Shown: positions 39,220-51,530, numbered from the whole stretch's first letter. The stretch is 62,852 nucleotides of DNA, filler included, from Globobulimina sp. (GCA_003354225.1; 50 parts of 50 records of this genome joined end to end with filler, not necessarily neighbours in it), one strand, 5' to 3'. Notes: generated by a model not told the origin, from the letters alone. Made by a program: numbers and translations.

Positions 39220-40080
39220 TCAGTGTTTTATTTCTGTTGGAAACCACGGAAATATCATGTTTGTGTGTGATTGGTATTTCACATATTTTGGTCTTCTTTG
39301 CACGGAACTTTGTTCTAAAATCCATGCGGCAGTATATCTCAACCAACTGTACATCATATATGGAGATAAAATAAGTAAAGCAGCCATAACTACGCTTTCC
39401 AGAATATTATCATAAACGTTGAGTTCCAAGACTGAACTCATTGCAAATACAGAATAACTGATCCAAATAATTATTTCACCGAAATAATTTGGATGACGAC
39501 TGTATTTCCACAATCCGTCTTGACAAATATCCTTTGATTTCCTATGTGATTGCTTCCAATGTCCTAATTGTACATCGGATGCATGTTCAATAATAATAGC
39601 AATGCACCACAACACAATGCCAAACCATTCCAAAATAGATATACTGTTCCTACTGTTGTCATCATTGAGTGATACGACATATAATGGAGCATAGAATATT
39701 GTCATGTTGCATAAAGCCTGAACTTCAAACCATATAAAATAATTAATGGGAATTGATGATGTACGGATAAAACCAAACCATGATCTTTTGCCTTCGCTCC
39801 ATAATTTGCACCATAATTTAAATCGGTGATCTTGATGTTTGTAATGTTTTCTTAGAAACCATCCAATGACAAACCTAACTCCACATATTATGTATCCTGA
39901 GGCTATAATTTTGAGTGACAGGTTTGATGGATTCATGTATAATGTCAATATTGCAGAGAAAACGAAGCCAGATGGCCATCCAATATCAATCCAAGAGCCG
40001 TTACTGGTAATTAAACAGAGTAACCATAACGATGTGATCGAAACTAACTGATAAATTGAATTGATAACAACTGTCTGCAT
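39220..40080 (-). CDS. DUF1295 / steroid 5-alpha-reductase-like membrane protein
   Basis: NGSWIDIGW, QDHRF, IEHASDVQL, GLWKYSRHPNYFGEIIIW, YVKYQSHTNMIFPWFP. Confidence 0.92.
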   Translation of the reverse strand: MQTVVINSIYQLVSITSLWLLCLITSNGSWIDIGWPSGFVFSAILTLYMNPSNLSLKIIASGYIICGVRFVIGWFLRKHYKHQDHRFKLWCKLWSEGKRSWFGFIRTSSIPINYFIWFEVQALCNMTIFYAPLYVVSLNDDNSRNSISILEWFGIVLWCIAIIIEHASDVQLGHWKQSHRKSKDICQDGLWKYSRHPNYFGEIIIWISYSVFAMSSVLELNVYDNILESVVMAALLILSPYMMYSWLRYTAAWILEQSSVQRRPKYVKYQSHTNMIFPWFPTEIKH

Positions 40081-40118
40081 TAGGGGTTTCCGATAAGTAC
40101 TGATTTTTTAAAAAACTT

Positions 40119-40178
40119 GTCAAACAGCTTCTAAATTTCCAGTCAGTTCAATAAGTCCACCAATTTTCAAAAGTTCGT
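40119..40178 (+). repeat. Dispersed repeat family R1, copy 2
   Basis: Matches 2529-2589 with few substitutions. Confidence 0.9.
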
Positions 40179-40299
40179 GTAGTATGTTAATAAGGGGACN
40201 NNNNNNNNNNNNNNNNNNNNNNNNNNNNNNNNNNNNNNNNNNNTTAATTAATTAANNNNNNNNNNNNNNNNNNNNNNNNNNNNNNNNNNNNNNNNNNNN

Positions 40300-41458
40300 T
40301 TGGTTGGCATATTGTTGTGCCTGTTGATTTGCTAGTTCTTGTGATATATATTCCATACCACCATAAATAATTTTCGCTGCTGGTGGTTGACTTGTATCAT
40401 ACTGTCTATTGCTTGACTGGACTAAACTTGGTTGTGGCACAGGCACTGCACTTATTGCTTGAATGGTAGGTCCCTCTACCGCTATTCCATGATAACGTTG
40501 TGCCTTTGCTTTATCAGGACAATCCCATTCTGTGTGGTCTGGTGACCAACATAAGAAACATGTGTCTGTTGGTTCAGTGCCACTTTCGCCATTATCTGCT
40601 TCCCAATAATTTATCTCACTGTCTGAGTATTCTTCCTCATCCAAATCCTCATAATCAAATGTTTTACATGCCTGTATACGATTCCAATCACCTTCATCGA
40701 AATCGTAACCTCTTTCCTCTGCATAATCTTGACCCCAATCTTTTAACTGTTCCCCATAATGTCCTTCACACACATCAGCACGACCATGGTATTATGCCTA
40801 TTATGCATTGCAGGGTCGATTCGCATACCTCCCATCACATCACAGAGACTATCATATGATGTACAAGCTAACATGTCTTGCTTCCATTTCTCTGACTGAT
40901 GATTAATGGTACATATACTAATTTCTTGATTGTCATGAGTGCTCACTGCATTTCTATGATCATTTTTTTGATAAGTCATGCAACATTGTTTTCTGATTAA
41001 CTTTACAAAACTTTGCCATGATGGAGGTTGTGGTAATACCATAAGCATTGTCTCAATTGCTTTATCATGGTTTTGATGTGCTTTTGTCATGAATTGTTGT
41101 ATCATATCCAAGTCACGTGCGGCCGTAGGTGCAGTGTCATGAGACTCGTTGTATGAATTCTCAAAACGAGTAGAAAATGGCGTTAATTCTTCTGTCTCAA
41201 GTTGTTGAAAAAGAGTAAACTTAGTAGTATTTCTCCATTTACTTGTATCGTTTTGTGTGAATCTGTCTTTTAAATGCTCAATCACTTCGGCACCTTTCAA
41301 AACTTGTCCCTACTCTTCGGCCTTCATCAGTAACAGATAATAATAATCTAACACTCCACCAGACAAAAAGCATGATAGGTTATCGTACCATGTTTGTTCT
41401 GAACCTCCCTGTCTATTGCACTCAAGCTTACATTGTACACACCATTTAACAAAATCGT
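40300..41458 (-). pseudogene. Degenerate LTR-retrotransposon Gag with CCHC zinc knuckle
   Basis: Aligns by eye with 17638-18796 (RDLDMIQQF, IETMLMVLPQP, NRHN); CFLCWSPDHTEWDC is CX2CX4HX4C; in-frame TAG near 41311 and a frameshift near 40770. Confidence 0.8.
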
Positions 41459-41558
41459 NNNNNNNNNNNNNNNNNNNNNNNNNNNNNNNNNNNNNNNNNN
41501 NNTTAATTAATTAANNNNNNNNNNNNNNNNNNNNNNNNNNNNNNNNNNNNNNNNNNNN

Positions 41559-42477
41559 AAGCAAAACCCATTCGATTATACAGCAGTACCCAGAACAGCG
41601 TCGGTCACTGACGATTCTGCGTTTGATGAACATGAGTTGCCATCGACGTCTATGACGGCAACATCCACGCGATTCGATACCACCACTGCTGGCAACACAT
41701 ATGGCAATGCCTATGGTGCGTCGAGCAGATCAGAATTATTACCAGAACCAATCCGGACTTTAAGGTATAATGTCATTCCATTTCACCAACATAAACCTCG
41801 GTATATACTTGTTTTGTGTTTGTGAATTAAGTTCTGTCGCTTACACCGCACCGGAGAATCTGGGACATATTGATTTCAGTGCTTACGAAAGAGCTTCTTT
41901 GTCGCGTAAAAACATTAAAGATGCAAAGCCGTATTATAACAAAACAAAAAAGAAATTTACAGTGACGAAATGTGAGGATGTAATTGTAACGCCGGTTATA
42001 GCCCCATTTGAGAGGAATGTGCTGGGAATCTCAATGAGTGTGGAGAAGAACTCCGAGGATTGTGAGGTGTCCGTAGCATCTGAACCTATGCCTATTGAAA
42101 TGAATGATGATGGGATGAGTAAGGATATGAGTCATAGAATTGGAATGAGTGAGGAAATCGATTTAAAAACCGCCTTTAAAGCAGATGTATTTTCGTTTGC
42201 TGTGATAATTTGGGAAGTTATTTGTATGAAACCAATTTATGAGGAAAAGAATATGATTCAAATTCGAGATATGATATTAAGTGGAAATAGAATGAATTTG
42301 ACTGATTTTGATGATTTGATTTATTTAAATCCGAATAAATCCAAAAAAGATGCAGAAAGGAACCGATATAAAAAAATACAACAGTTAATGACTGATTGTT
42401 GGCAGCAGAATGCTAAATTTAGGCCAAATTTCCAGGAAATTGTTAAAATAATTAGTTGTATTATTTATGATAAATAA
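41559..42477 (+). CDS. TKL-type protein kinase C-lobe with large insert, partial
   Basis: SVAYTAPE, KADVFSFAVIIWE, LMTDCWQQNAKFRPNFQEI. Confidence 0.88.
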
Positions 42478-42586
42478 TATATATTTTCGTTTAGTTTAGT
42501 TGTTTTGTATAGAATGTGTTTTGTGCACTTCAGTCATAGCCCCGTGCCAACTAATATAATACTGTGCTGGTTACTTTGTTTTGATA

Positions 42587-42717
42587 ATGTCCAGCAACAA
42601 TTTGTTGTTGATCGGTCATGTCTGTGAGGATGTTAAATTGTTAGTTCCTGAATATCCACCGGAAGATACAAAATCGAGATGTTCAGCGTCAATGTTAGCT
42701 CGAGGCGGCAATGCTGC
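42587..42717 (+). CDS. PfkB-family (ketohexokinase-like) kinase N-terminus, truncated
   Basis: LLIGHVCED...VPEYPPEDTKSR...RGGNAA matches ketohexokinase YPxEDxxxR...RGGN. Confidence 0.7.
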
Positions 42718-42929
42718 NNNNNNNNNNNNNNNNNNNNNNNNNNNNNNNNNNNNNNNNNNNNTTAATTAATTAANNNNNNNNNNNNNNNNNNNNNNNNNNN
42801 NNNNNNNNNNNNNNNNNTTGATAAAAATTACCAATTCAAGATAGAACCATGAATTATTTTGCAATCAAAAATTAACAATAATTCTAATTAATGCATGGTT
42901 CTATAGTATGAAATTGGTATTTTTATTAT

Positions 42930-43790
42930 TTATATCATACTGATTCGATTTGAATATGCATTCATTGCAAATTTTAATTTTTTTGCTGTGTTGAAATCTT
43001 TTTGCCTTAATTCTCTCATAAACGCATTTTGTTGAATCCATTGTTCCAAAGTCATCGTTATGTTATTTTGTGCGAATGCTGTTATTTTATCCAAAGTGAA
43101 TGCATCGACCATCGACGTTAAAAATGGCATTCGATTCGCATATCCCACGGCAAAGAAATACATTAAATCTGAAGTGTACGCAATATTTGTGTTTTGTTTA
43201 TATATTTATTGTGACATACCAGCTTCATTGAAGTTGCCAAGGCATTTCATTTGTGGTTTATACACTTTCTCTGTAATTTCAGCGACGACATCATTTGGAA
43301 TATATAGATTTATCCTTAATTTTTGTGTTGGTTTGAATACGCTGTCTTTGCTGTCTTTGGTTGGAATTGTATTATTTTGATGGATATAGTTTAATATTGC
43401 AAGCATTGCTATTTGTCGATCCTTTTCTGTATCAAAGGCACCATTTAAAGGAAATATATTTTTGCCATCTTTTTTATCAAAATCAACGAGCATGCAATCA
43501 TCTGGCGGCGCTTTCATTTCATCCGAGATATCATTCTCTTCAAATCCTATGTTTGTGTTTTAGTTGTCTCTGTTGTTTGTCAATTGATATATATTTACAT
43601 GCCATTGTCATCGCAATACTTCTTAAACTTACCAATTCCATCCGTTTTGTAATCATTTCGTTTGAAAGATTTATAATATTCTTCTAATACACGATCTATT
43701 TGATCTATAATTGACATGATTAGACTTTTTGAGAAACTTCAGACTCTTGCTATCATTTTAGTGCTCGGACTTTGTTGATATCTACTTTAT
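42930..43790 (-). CDS. Unknown multi-exon protein
   Basis: Consecutive coding-like minus-strand segments (43206-43517, 42930-43163) separated by a GT-AG intron-like gap. Confidence 0.4.
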
Positions 43791-44270
43791 TAAAACAAAT
43801 ATATACATATTAATTAAAACAAGATTATACACTAATCCAATGTCATTGTTTCAAGTTTAAACGTGCACTCTTTTCGACCGTATCAAAACCAATATTAGTA
43901 TATCCATTTTGTATTTGTGCATAAAAATACTCAAATCTCTTATCTCGAACCTCTGTATCAAAGCTTCCCAATGAATNNNNNNNNNNNNNNNNNNNNNNNN
44001 NNNNNNNNNNNNNNNNNNNNTTAATTAATTAANNNNNNNNNNNNNNNNNNNNNNNNNNNNNNNNNNNNNNNNNNNNTCGGGATAGTAATAAACATCATAA
44101 AACTATTGATAACTACTGTAATATCAATATATTACATAAATAACAACTGTAATATCAATATATTATAATACCAATACAAATGCGATCAATACAAACTATG
44201 CGATCAATACAGATATTTCTGATTGGTTTGACTGTGTGTTTTTGTGTTTGGTTCGTTGGTCTTTGCGTGA

Positions 44271-44334
44271 TGTGATGATTGGGATTTGAACCCAAATCTT
44301 CTTGAATAAGATGCTTTTTTTAAGCTACCATCAC
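44271..44334 (-). ncRNA. tRNA-like element with collapsed anticodon arm
   Basis: Minus strand: GTGATGG-TA-GCTT-AAAAA-AAGC-A-TCTT-ATTC-AAGA-AGAT-TTGGG-TTCAAAT-CCCAA-TCATCAC-A; acceptor, D and T stems all pair. Confidence 0.75.
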
Positions 44335-44487
44335 ATTAAATAAATTGTATGAAGCGACTTCGTCGCTCATATTGGATAATAAAACGTGTCATTTTCACAC
44401 GTTTGAGCCATGAATATTTGCTAAATACGCGCCAAATAAATAGCATCGATATCGCAAATATATCTGATTGTAATCGCAAATATGTCA

Positions 44488-44840
44488 TTGGCCGCAAATA
44501 GATTGCAAAACGATAAATATCTCATTGACGCCATATATAATTTGCAATCGATAAATATCTCATATTGGCGCCGTATAATTTGCAAAACGATAAATATCTC
44601 ATTGGCGCCATATATAATTTGCAATCGATAAATATCTCATATTGGCGCCATATATAATTTGCAAAACGATAAATATCTCATTGGCGCCATATATAATTTG
44701 CAAAACGATAAATATCTCATTGGCGCCATATATAATTTGCAAAACGATAAATATCTCATATTGGCGCCGTATAATTTGCAAAACGATAATTATCTCATTG
44801 GCGCCATATCTAATTTGCAATCGATAAATATCTCATTGGC
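44488..44840. repeat. Minisatellite, ~9 copies of a 38-41-bp unit (TTGGCGCCATATATAATTTGCAAAACGATAAATATCTCA)
   Basis: Head-to-tail near-identical units with no unique spacers. Confidence 0.92.
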
Positions 44841-45464
44841 TCGCAAACAAATAGCATCGATATCGCCAAATATATTATTATTATTATACCTGTGAATTGA
44901 TAATATTTTTGAGATTTAGCAATATTGATTTCAATTATAATGGTGGATCGAAATTGTGAGGAATATGCATTGGGGACAATTTATTGTGGCGATAATATAA
45001 CAATGAAAACAATCCTCAATGTATGGCAGGTTCTGGTGACTGTTTTGCGAGTTAAATATTGTATATAGGAGTTTTTTAGAAGCAGATACGGAATATATAC
45101 TCTGTTTAGACACTGGTTTGTGCGAAAGAAAGAATCTCAGCTGTTCAAATAATACAAATTGTCGGTTGGATTGTGATGGTTGGAATGTGTGTCAACATTG
45201 TTTCTTGCAATGTAATGATAATTATAAATGCGTAGNNNNNNNNNNNNNNNNNNNNNNNNNNNNNNNNNNNNNNNNNNNNTTAATTAATTAANNNNNNNNN
45301 NNNNNNNNNNNNNNNNNNNNNNNNNNNNNNNNNNNATTGTCCTTGAGAAGTATGTATTATTACATTACATTGTGGTTAAAGAAATAATAGCAATTCTCAG
45401 TATAAGCAAAATATGTATGTTGACTGTATTTGGAGTAAATTTAATGTATTAATAGTTTAGATAT

Positions 45465-45937
45465 CGACCTGATGCGACAAACGTGAGATCGATTGAAGTG
45501 CAGAACCACAAAAAAGTTTGTGGTAACTACAGACTCCAAACATAATCGCCCTGTAGCCCCGAACCTTCTAAACCGCAATTTCACCGTATCTTCTCCAACG
45601 TTACTTGGGTGAGCGACATTACTTATTTGAAGGTCGGAAAGAAATGGCACTACCTCACCGTTTTCATCGATCTGTTTTCGCATATCGTTGTTGGCTGGGA
45701 TCTGGGTGATTCCCTTGAAAGGCATTCTGTTATTCGAGCTCTCAACAAAGCCACCAGGAGACGCAGGCCAAGCCAGGGGCTGATGATCCACATTGACCGA
45801 GGAGTTCAATATGCGAGCTCTGATTTCAGGTCGGTACTCAGAAAAAACGGATTTGTACAAAGCATGAGTCGGAAAAGGAATTGCTGGGAGAGCGAAGCCT
45901 GCCCTCGAGTGAAATGCCGTTGCTGAATCCTTTTTTT
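45465..45937 (+). mobile_element. Decayed IS3-family transposase (OrfB/rve) fragment
   Basis: TTDSKHNRPVAPNLLNRNF, WVSDITYL, YLTVFIDLFSHIVVGW, IHIDRGVQYAS, QSMSRKRNCW..NAVAESFF; 1-nt deletion near 45597, insertion at 45890-45912, truncated at both ends. Confidence 0.92.
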
Positions 45938-47290
45938 ATGGCTTGCGGCATGCCCGCATTTCCGTGGAAGGACTACCGTGAATTTCTACCAAACTAACAT
46001 TATAAGGAGGTACATTGTTGACACAGAATTGTTGACTAGACGTGAATGGGTGTTGCGCTTGCTGACAAAAACCACCATCTGCCGCATGCACACCAGTAGT
46101 AACATGTGGAAACTGAAAATTAAAATTTTTATGTATACAATTTGGAAATCAATACTGAACTGTTGGTATACCAATAAAGTGGTCCCTACACATATTAAAT
46201 GAAAACCTGCATAGAAACCCTCAAAACAACTACAATACAACTTCCTTCATATTTTATTTGTATTGCTGTTGCTTTCCTTTTTAAATAGAGACGAATCTTC
46301 TTTGCAACAAAAACCATTTTAACATCTCACCGTATGTTAATAATTAAGGTTTGACTACACAACCAACAATGTAGTACACGTTGTAATATGGCAACCTTTT
46401 GTAAAGTACATGTTGAAATTAAGGTACACGTTGCAACAGTTACACCACCGTGACAGTACACGTATATATATATATATATATGTATATGTCCCAGNNNNNN
46501 NNNNNNNNNNNNNNNNNNNNNNNNNNNNNNNNNNNNNNTTAATTAATTAANNNNNNNNNNNNNNNNNNNNNNNNNNNNNNNNNNNNNNNNNNNNCCATTA
46601 ACAACAACAATAAACGTTTAATAGTTGCGTATCTAAACTTTGCATATGTTGATCGCAAACTTGAAAGCGGTGTCTAGATGACAGCTTAAATAACTTATTG
46701 GAAGATCCATATTTTGCAACACAACGGTGATAAAGCAATGGAAATAACTTATTTATAATAACTCTGTGGTGATAACTCAGCGGTAATAACGCAATGGTGA
46801 TCCATCAATGGTATTAACACAACCGTGATAACGCAATGGTAACAACTCAATGGTAACAACTCAATGGTATATACAATATCGTGATCACTATCCGTTATCA
46901 CATGTATGGTGACAACAGTGTATACAAAATAGTTAACAAACACTCGTTATCACGATGCGTGATCAGTGCAAGGTGTTTTTGATTTGGTTATAACACATAT
47001 GTGTCAAATGAGCGTTCTTACCACCAATCAACACTACGTAGTAGTTACATTGTCTTTTGATGGTTTGGCTGTATTGTCATTTGTGTGTCGTTGATGGTAA
47101 TTCCCCATCACAAATTAATTCGTGGTCGAACGAAGCAGTTCACATAAAAACCGATGGTAATGTGGAAAAAATGTGAAGTTAGTGGAGAAAATGTGAACTT
47201 TAAAAACAATTTTGGTTTGCACAATTCTTATTTAATATCCAAAGAGTGCACACTTTTAATTAGCAAGATCACTGAAACAATCTGAAAACT

Positions 47291-47372
47291 CTGTCAAACA
47301 GATCTTAAATTTTCAATCAGTTCAATAAGTCCACCAATTTTTCAAAAGATCGTAAATCCCTTTTAAATGATG
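47291..47372 (+). repeat. Dispersed repeat family R1, copy 3
   Basis: Matches 2529-2608 including the GATCGTAAATCCCTTTTAAAT tail. Confidence 0.9.
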
Positions 47373-47385
47373 TAAAAGACACAAA

Positions 47386-47573
47386 CATCGTGGGAACCAT
47401 AGCAATCTAGGACATAATAATCTCATCGAGATAAATCCAAATAAAAATTTGTTGGCTACTATTTGCAAAAAAAAAAGTAATAAAAGTCAAATTTTGCACA
47501 TTTTATGACCATGTACATATCGTGACCGATTGGTCATCGCATGATGTCCTAGATTGCTATGGTTCCCACGATG
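47386..47573. mobile_element. 188-bp MITE with perfect 30-bp TIRs (CATCGTGGGAACCATAGCAATCTAGGACAT) and possible AAA target duplication
   Basis: 47386-47415 is the exact reverse complement of 47544-47573; AAA flanks both ends. Confidence 0.85.
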
Positions 47574-47948
47574 AAATATATAATTGCACAAACACTTAAA
47601 TGTTAAATATGTCTTTTTTGATTGTAACACACACGAAAATATTAGCACAGGCAAAACACACAGAACAGTAATCACAAACGAAAATCGATCACAATAAATG
47701 GCCATTTTCTATCTTTCTCTCCCACATAATACCGCCACATCTTTCTCCCACATNNNNNNNNNNNNNNNNNNNNNNNNNNNNNNNNNNNNNNNNNNNNTTA
47801 ATTAATTAANNNNNNNNNNNNNNNNNNNNNNNNNNNNNNNNNNNNNNNNNNNNATGTTGATATTGAAACGTATTGATACTGACATTTGTAAATTAAACTT
47901 TTTTTAGTTACTTGAAATCTTGACGGGGTACGAAGATTCTTCATCGTA

Positions 47949-48482
47949 ATGGAATATCATTGGCTTCAAAAGGAAGACTCAGAACAAAGAGATGAACAAA
48001 AGATAATGATGATTGGGGCAACGTGTTTATCCGTATTGTTGGGATTGACAGCTTTTATAAGTTTTCTAATTGTATTAAGCTACAATCCAACGGTCTCACC
48101 ATGTGAAAATAATGGAAATAATGAAATTGAAAATGTTTATCCAATCAGCATTATTGTGTATTTATGTGCGGTTAGTATCGTACAAATATTATATTGTTGT
48201 ATATGTATCACTTTGTGTTGGCGATGGAATGCTTATAAAGACTCGTTAGAATATCAAAGCACTCAACTGATGTATTTAAAACTTATTGGAAGCGTTGTGA
48301 CCTTATTTCAAGTTATTTTTATGATTATTGGATTCATAATATATGTGGAAAAAATGTCTTCCCAATGTCAAAGGGAAAGTGTTGCAAAAATGATACTTTC
48401 ATGGTCTATTGTGCTGTTAATTAGTATCATTTTGAAAAGTTGCATATATATATGTACCCTTTGGATATTTGCCTTTGAATGA
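47949..48482 (+). CDS. Four-TM membrane protein of unknown function
   Basis: 177 aa, four hydrophobic helices, Cys in loops. Confidence 0.65.
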   Translation: MEYHWLQKEDSEQRDEQKIMMIGATCLSVLLGLTAFISFLIVLSYNPTVSPCENNGNNEIENVYPISIIVYLCAVSIVQILYCCICITLCWRWNAYKDSLEYQSTQLMYLKLIGSVVTLFQVIFMIIGFIIYVEKMSSQCQRESVAKMILSWSIVLLISIILKSCIYICTLWIFAFE

Positions 48483-49112
48483 TCAATATGTGTTGTATAA
48501 ATTTGAATTGTCAATAAAAGAATAATAATGTAACATTAGCCTCGCACTGACACACTGTTTGCAGTATAAAACTTTTGTTTGCCGCATAAATTTACAATGA
48601 ACAGCAGTAAAAGTGACCTTATTGATGAACTGGTGTCTATTGGGCACAATAAACAAGATATTATAAATAGTCTCTGCGATGCTGATATACGATTATCATG
48701 GGACATTAATTCATTTTGTTCAATTTATTGTCGTAGAAATAAAACGTGGTATAAGGCCAGATTATTGATAGATTTATAAATAAAAATACAATGCAAGAAT
48801 GGTTGACTGCAAAATACAATAAAAAAAGCCAGAAACAAATCCAACGATTTAATGAGAACATAAAACCAATCGATTTTGATTACAATTACAATCATGACAT
48901 TTTGACATTTATTGCGAATAAATTGAAAGAAAATGACCAAATCGACCTATCTGTATTTGACGAAAAAATGAAGCCGACTCTCAATATTATCATGAAAAAG
49001 AATTCGCAAAATNNNNNNNNNNNNNNNNNNNNNNNNNNNNNNNNNNNNNNNNNNNNTTAATTAATTAANNNNNNNNNNNNNNNNNNNNNNNNNNNNNNNN
49101 NNNNNNNNNNNN

Positions 49113-49659
49113 CAACATAATTTTATGGAAGATTCATCCCAAATTCTCAAAAACTACATTTAATCTATGCTTTAATTTGGATTCCATCTTAACAGCATTG
49201 CTAATTTTTGCTAAAGGTCGCAGAGCAGTGTTACTTGACAGATTGCAGTCAATCGGGAATAAATACGAAATAAATGAATCAGTTTCTACAGATTTAAGTG
49301 ATGGTATCTTGATTGCAACAAAACCGGTAGTTTTTGAGGTGATGAATCAAATTGAATTATTATTATCTCCTTTGAATTGTTCATTGCCAAAGCCATTGGC
49401 TGCATTCTATCAACCTTTAGGTAGCAATCTATCAAATGGTGATGCGGTGTATGAGTGGAAGGCAGGTTATCTGAGAGATTATGTTTATCAAAATATAAGG
49501 AAACCAGCCGAGAATGAAAATATTTATATTGGCTGTGCTACGTATTCTGAATCAAGACATTGGATGGGTGGCGCTATTTGGTATGCAATAAAACTCATAC
49601 AAAACAATTTTAATGTCACCTATAATCCACTCGAAAACGATGACTATGATTGTACATAA
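49113..49659 (+). CDS. Probable flavin amine-oxidase-family protein C-terminus
   Basis: AVYEWKAG...IRKP..NENIYIGCATYS...WMGGAIWYA resembles the terminal GxxYS..GWxEGA FAD-binding region. Confidence 0.45.
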
Positions 49660-50123
49660 GATGTTTTTACGTACTTGCAAAAAAACTTGGTGTCAGTCCA
49701 TTTGTATGTTATAAAAAAAAAACTCAAATGAAAGTTATGAAACTCATGTTTTTGTGAAAATAATAAAATGAAACTTCAAAACTATAATGAGTATAATAAT
49801 AAAGTTAATCAAAAGATGGGGAATCTTGTTCCTGACTATTCTCCCTCAAAACATTATTATTATAATTATTCATACAATTTCGGTTATTCCAACGCCGAAT
49901 TCGGTTCCTTTTTTTAGTTTTATTTCTCCGTTTCATTTTTTTTGAATGACTCAACAATGAATATGACTTATTTTGTTTGTTTGGATGATTCGAATGAGGT
50001 TTGTTTTTTTTACAGAAACAACACATTAAAAACTTAAATATAAATCCAATTAACATCCATGATTGGGTCAAAAAATTAAATGAAACCATTAATCCATTCA
50101 TAAAATATGCAAATAACGAAAGA

Positions 50124-50173
50124 TTTTGTCATTTAGAAACATAACATTTTGCTTTCGTCATGGCACTCAGCGA
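50124..50173 (+). repeat. Dispersed repeat family R2, copy 2
   Basis: Matches 16145-16194 with two substitutions. Confidence 0.85.
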
Positions 50174-50213
50174 ATTACAAATGCAATCTCAACCCAATGC
50201 ACAGTCCACAAAC

Positions 50214-50271
50214 TCCTGCCTAGCTCAAGTAGAGCACTGGACAGATATATCCAGAAGATTCAGGTTCAAAG
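50214..50271 (+). ncRNA. tRNA-like element, 3' end cut by the contig boundary
   Basis: TCCTGCC-TA-GCTC-AAGTA-GAGC-A-CTGGA-CAGATATA-TCCAG-AAGAT-TCAGG-TTCAAAG: perfect D and anticodon stems, 8-nt loop lacking U33, A/B-box-like motifs. Confidence 0.7.
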
Positions 50272-50611
50272 NNNNNNNNNNNNNNNNNNNNNNNNNNNNN
50301 NNNNNNNNNNNNNNNTTAATTAATTAANNNNNNNNNNNNNNNNNNNNNNNNNNNNNNNNNNNNNNNNNNNNGGATCACTTTATACGAGTTTTTTTTATTT
50401 CTTTGAAGTGATCACCTCTTCCGTGTGTGTGCGAGGATAATTCAAACGATCATGTTTCAAAATTATTCATGTTCTAAAGTATATTTCTAATGGCAAATGA
50501 TATACACAGACAAACAAACACTTTATCTAACGATTATTCTAAGCAATTTCACAATTTTGGACTTTTGGACTGCTACTATATAATCAACAACATTTATTTA
50601 TATAATTACAA

Positions 50612-51530
50612 TTAGTCCTCGTATTTTGTTACAATATCAACAAGAGAAAGAATAGGCGCTGGTGGCAAAGGATCCATATTTAACATTTGTGCAGCTCCAT
50701 CAGAGGAAGGAGCAGCTCCAGGCTCCCCTGGTTCCATCACTTCCGGATCCATTGCAACATCTCCACCTTGACCCTGGCCCTGAGCCTGACCCATTGCCTC
50801 CATTTGATTTATTTGCTGTGATCCATTCGCCTGATGCATATAAAATGGTACCGACGCCATATTCATATTCATTGCCATTTGATTCATTTGTTGGCTCATT
50901 TGGTTGATAGCGCCCATTCCATAGACATCTGGTATAGACATTACATTTACATTTACATTTGGCCCATCTCGCGGAGCCGTATAATCCTTCACATTGCAAT
51001 TGATATTAACCTGTTCTGTATTAACTATATGACTCACTGAGGACGTTGACATCAATTCAACTTCTGGAATTTCCCTATTTTCCTTAGCATAGACTTGATA
51101 ATAAAAAAATAAAACGCAAAGCACACAGCATATCAATATACTCGTTCCAATCAACACCACCATCAACATCATGGTCTCGCTATTAAGAAACAATGAAATA
51201 TTATTGTCTGACAACGTATCGTCACGAGTTTCGGGGCTCGGTGTCGGTGAGAAAGTGGGTGCTGTGCTGGGTGCGCTGCTCTGCACATTGCTGGGTGGCG
51301 TGTTGGAGCTGGGTCTATCTGTTGGTCGATGACTGGGCCTCTTTGATGGAGAGTCGCTTGGAGTGGCACTGGGTTCGTTTATGGGGCTTGTTGTTGGAAA
51401 TTGTGTTGGATTTGATGATGGATTGGTTGTAGGAGATCGTGATGGATTATTTGTAGGCAATGTGCTGGCACTTAGTGACGGGTAAAATGTAGGTGGACAT
51501 GTTGGGGAATTGGTGGGTTGATTAGTGTCT
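50612..51530 (-). CDS. Single-pass membrane protein with Pro/Ser/Thr stalk and Gln/Met-rich cytoplasmic tail, 5' truncated
   Basis: PTxxPS repeats, one TM helix (MLMVVLIGTSILICCVLCVLFFYY). Confidence 0.75.

Noticed and set aside
44488..44840. Possible CRISPR array
   Set aside because: Units are directly adjacent with no unique spacers, and no cas genes are present
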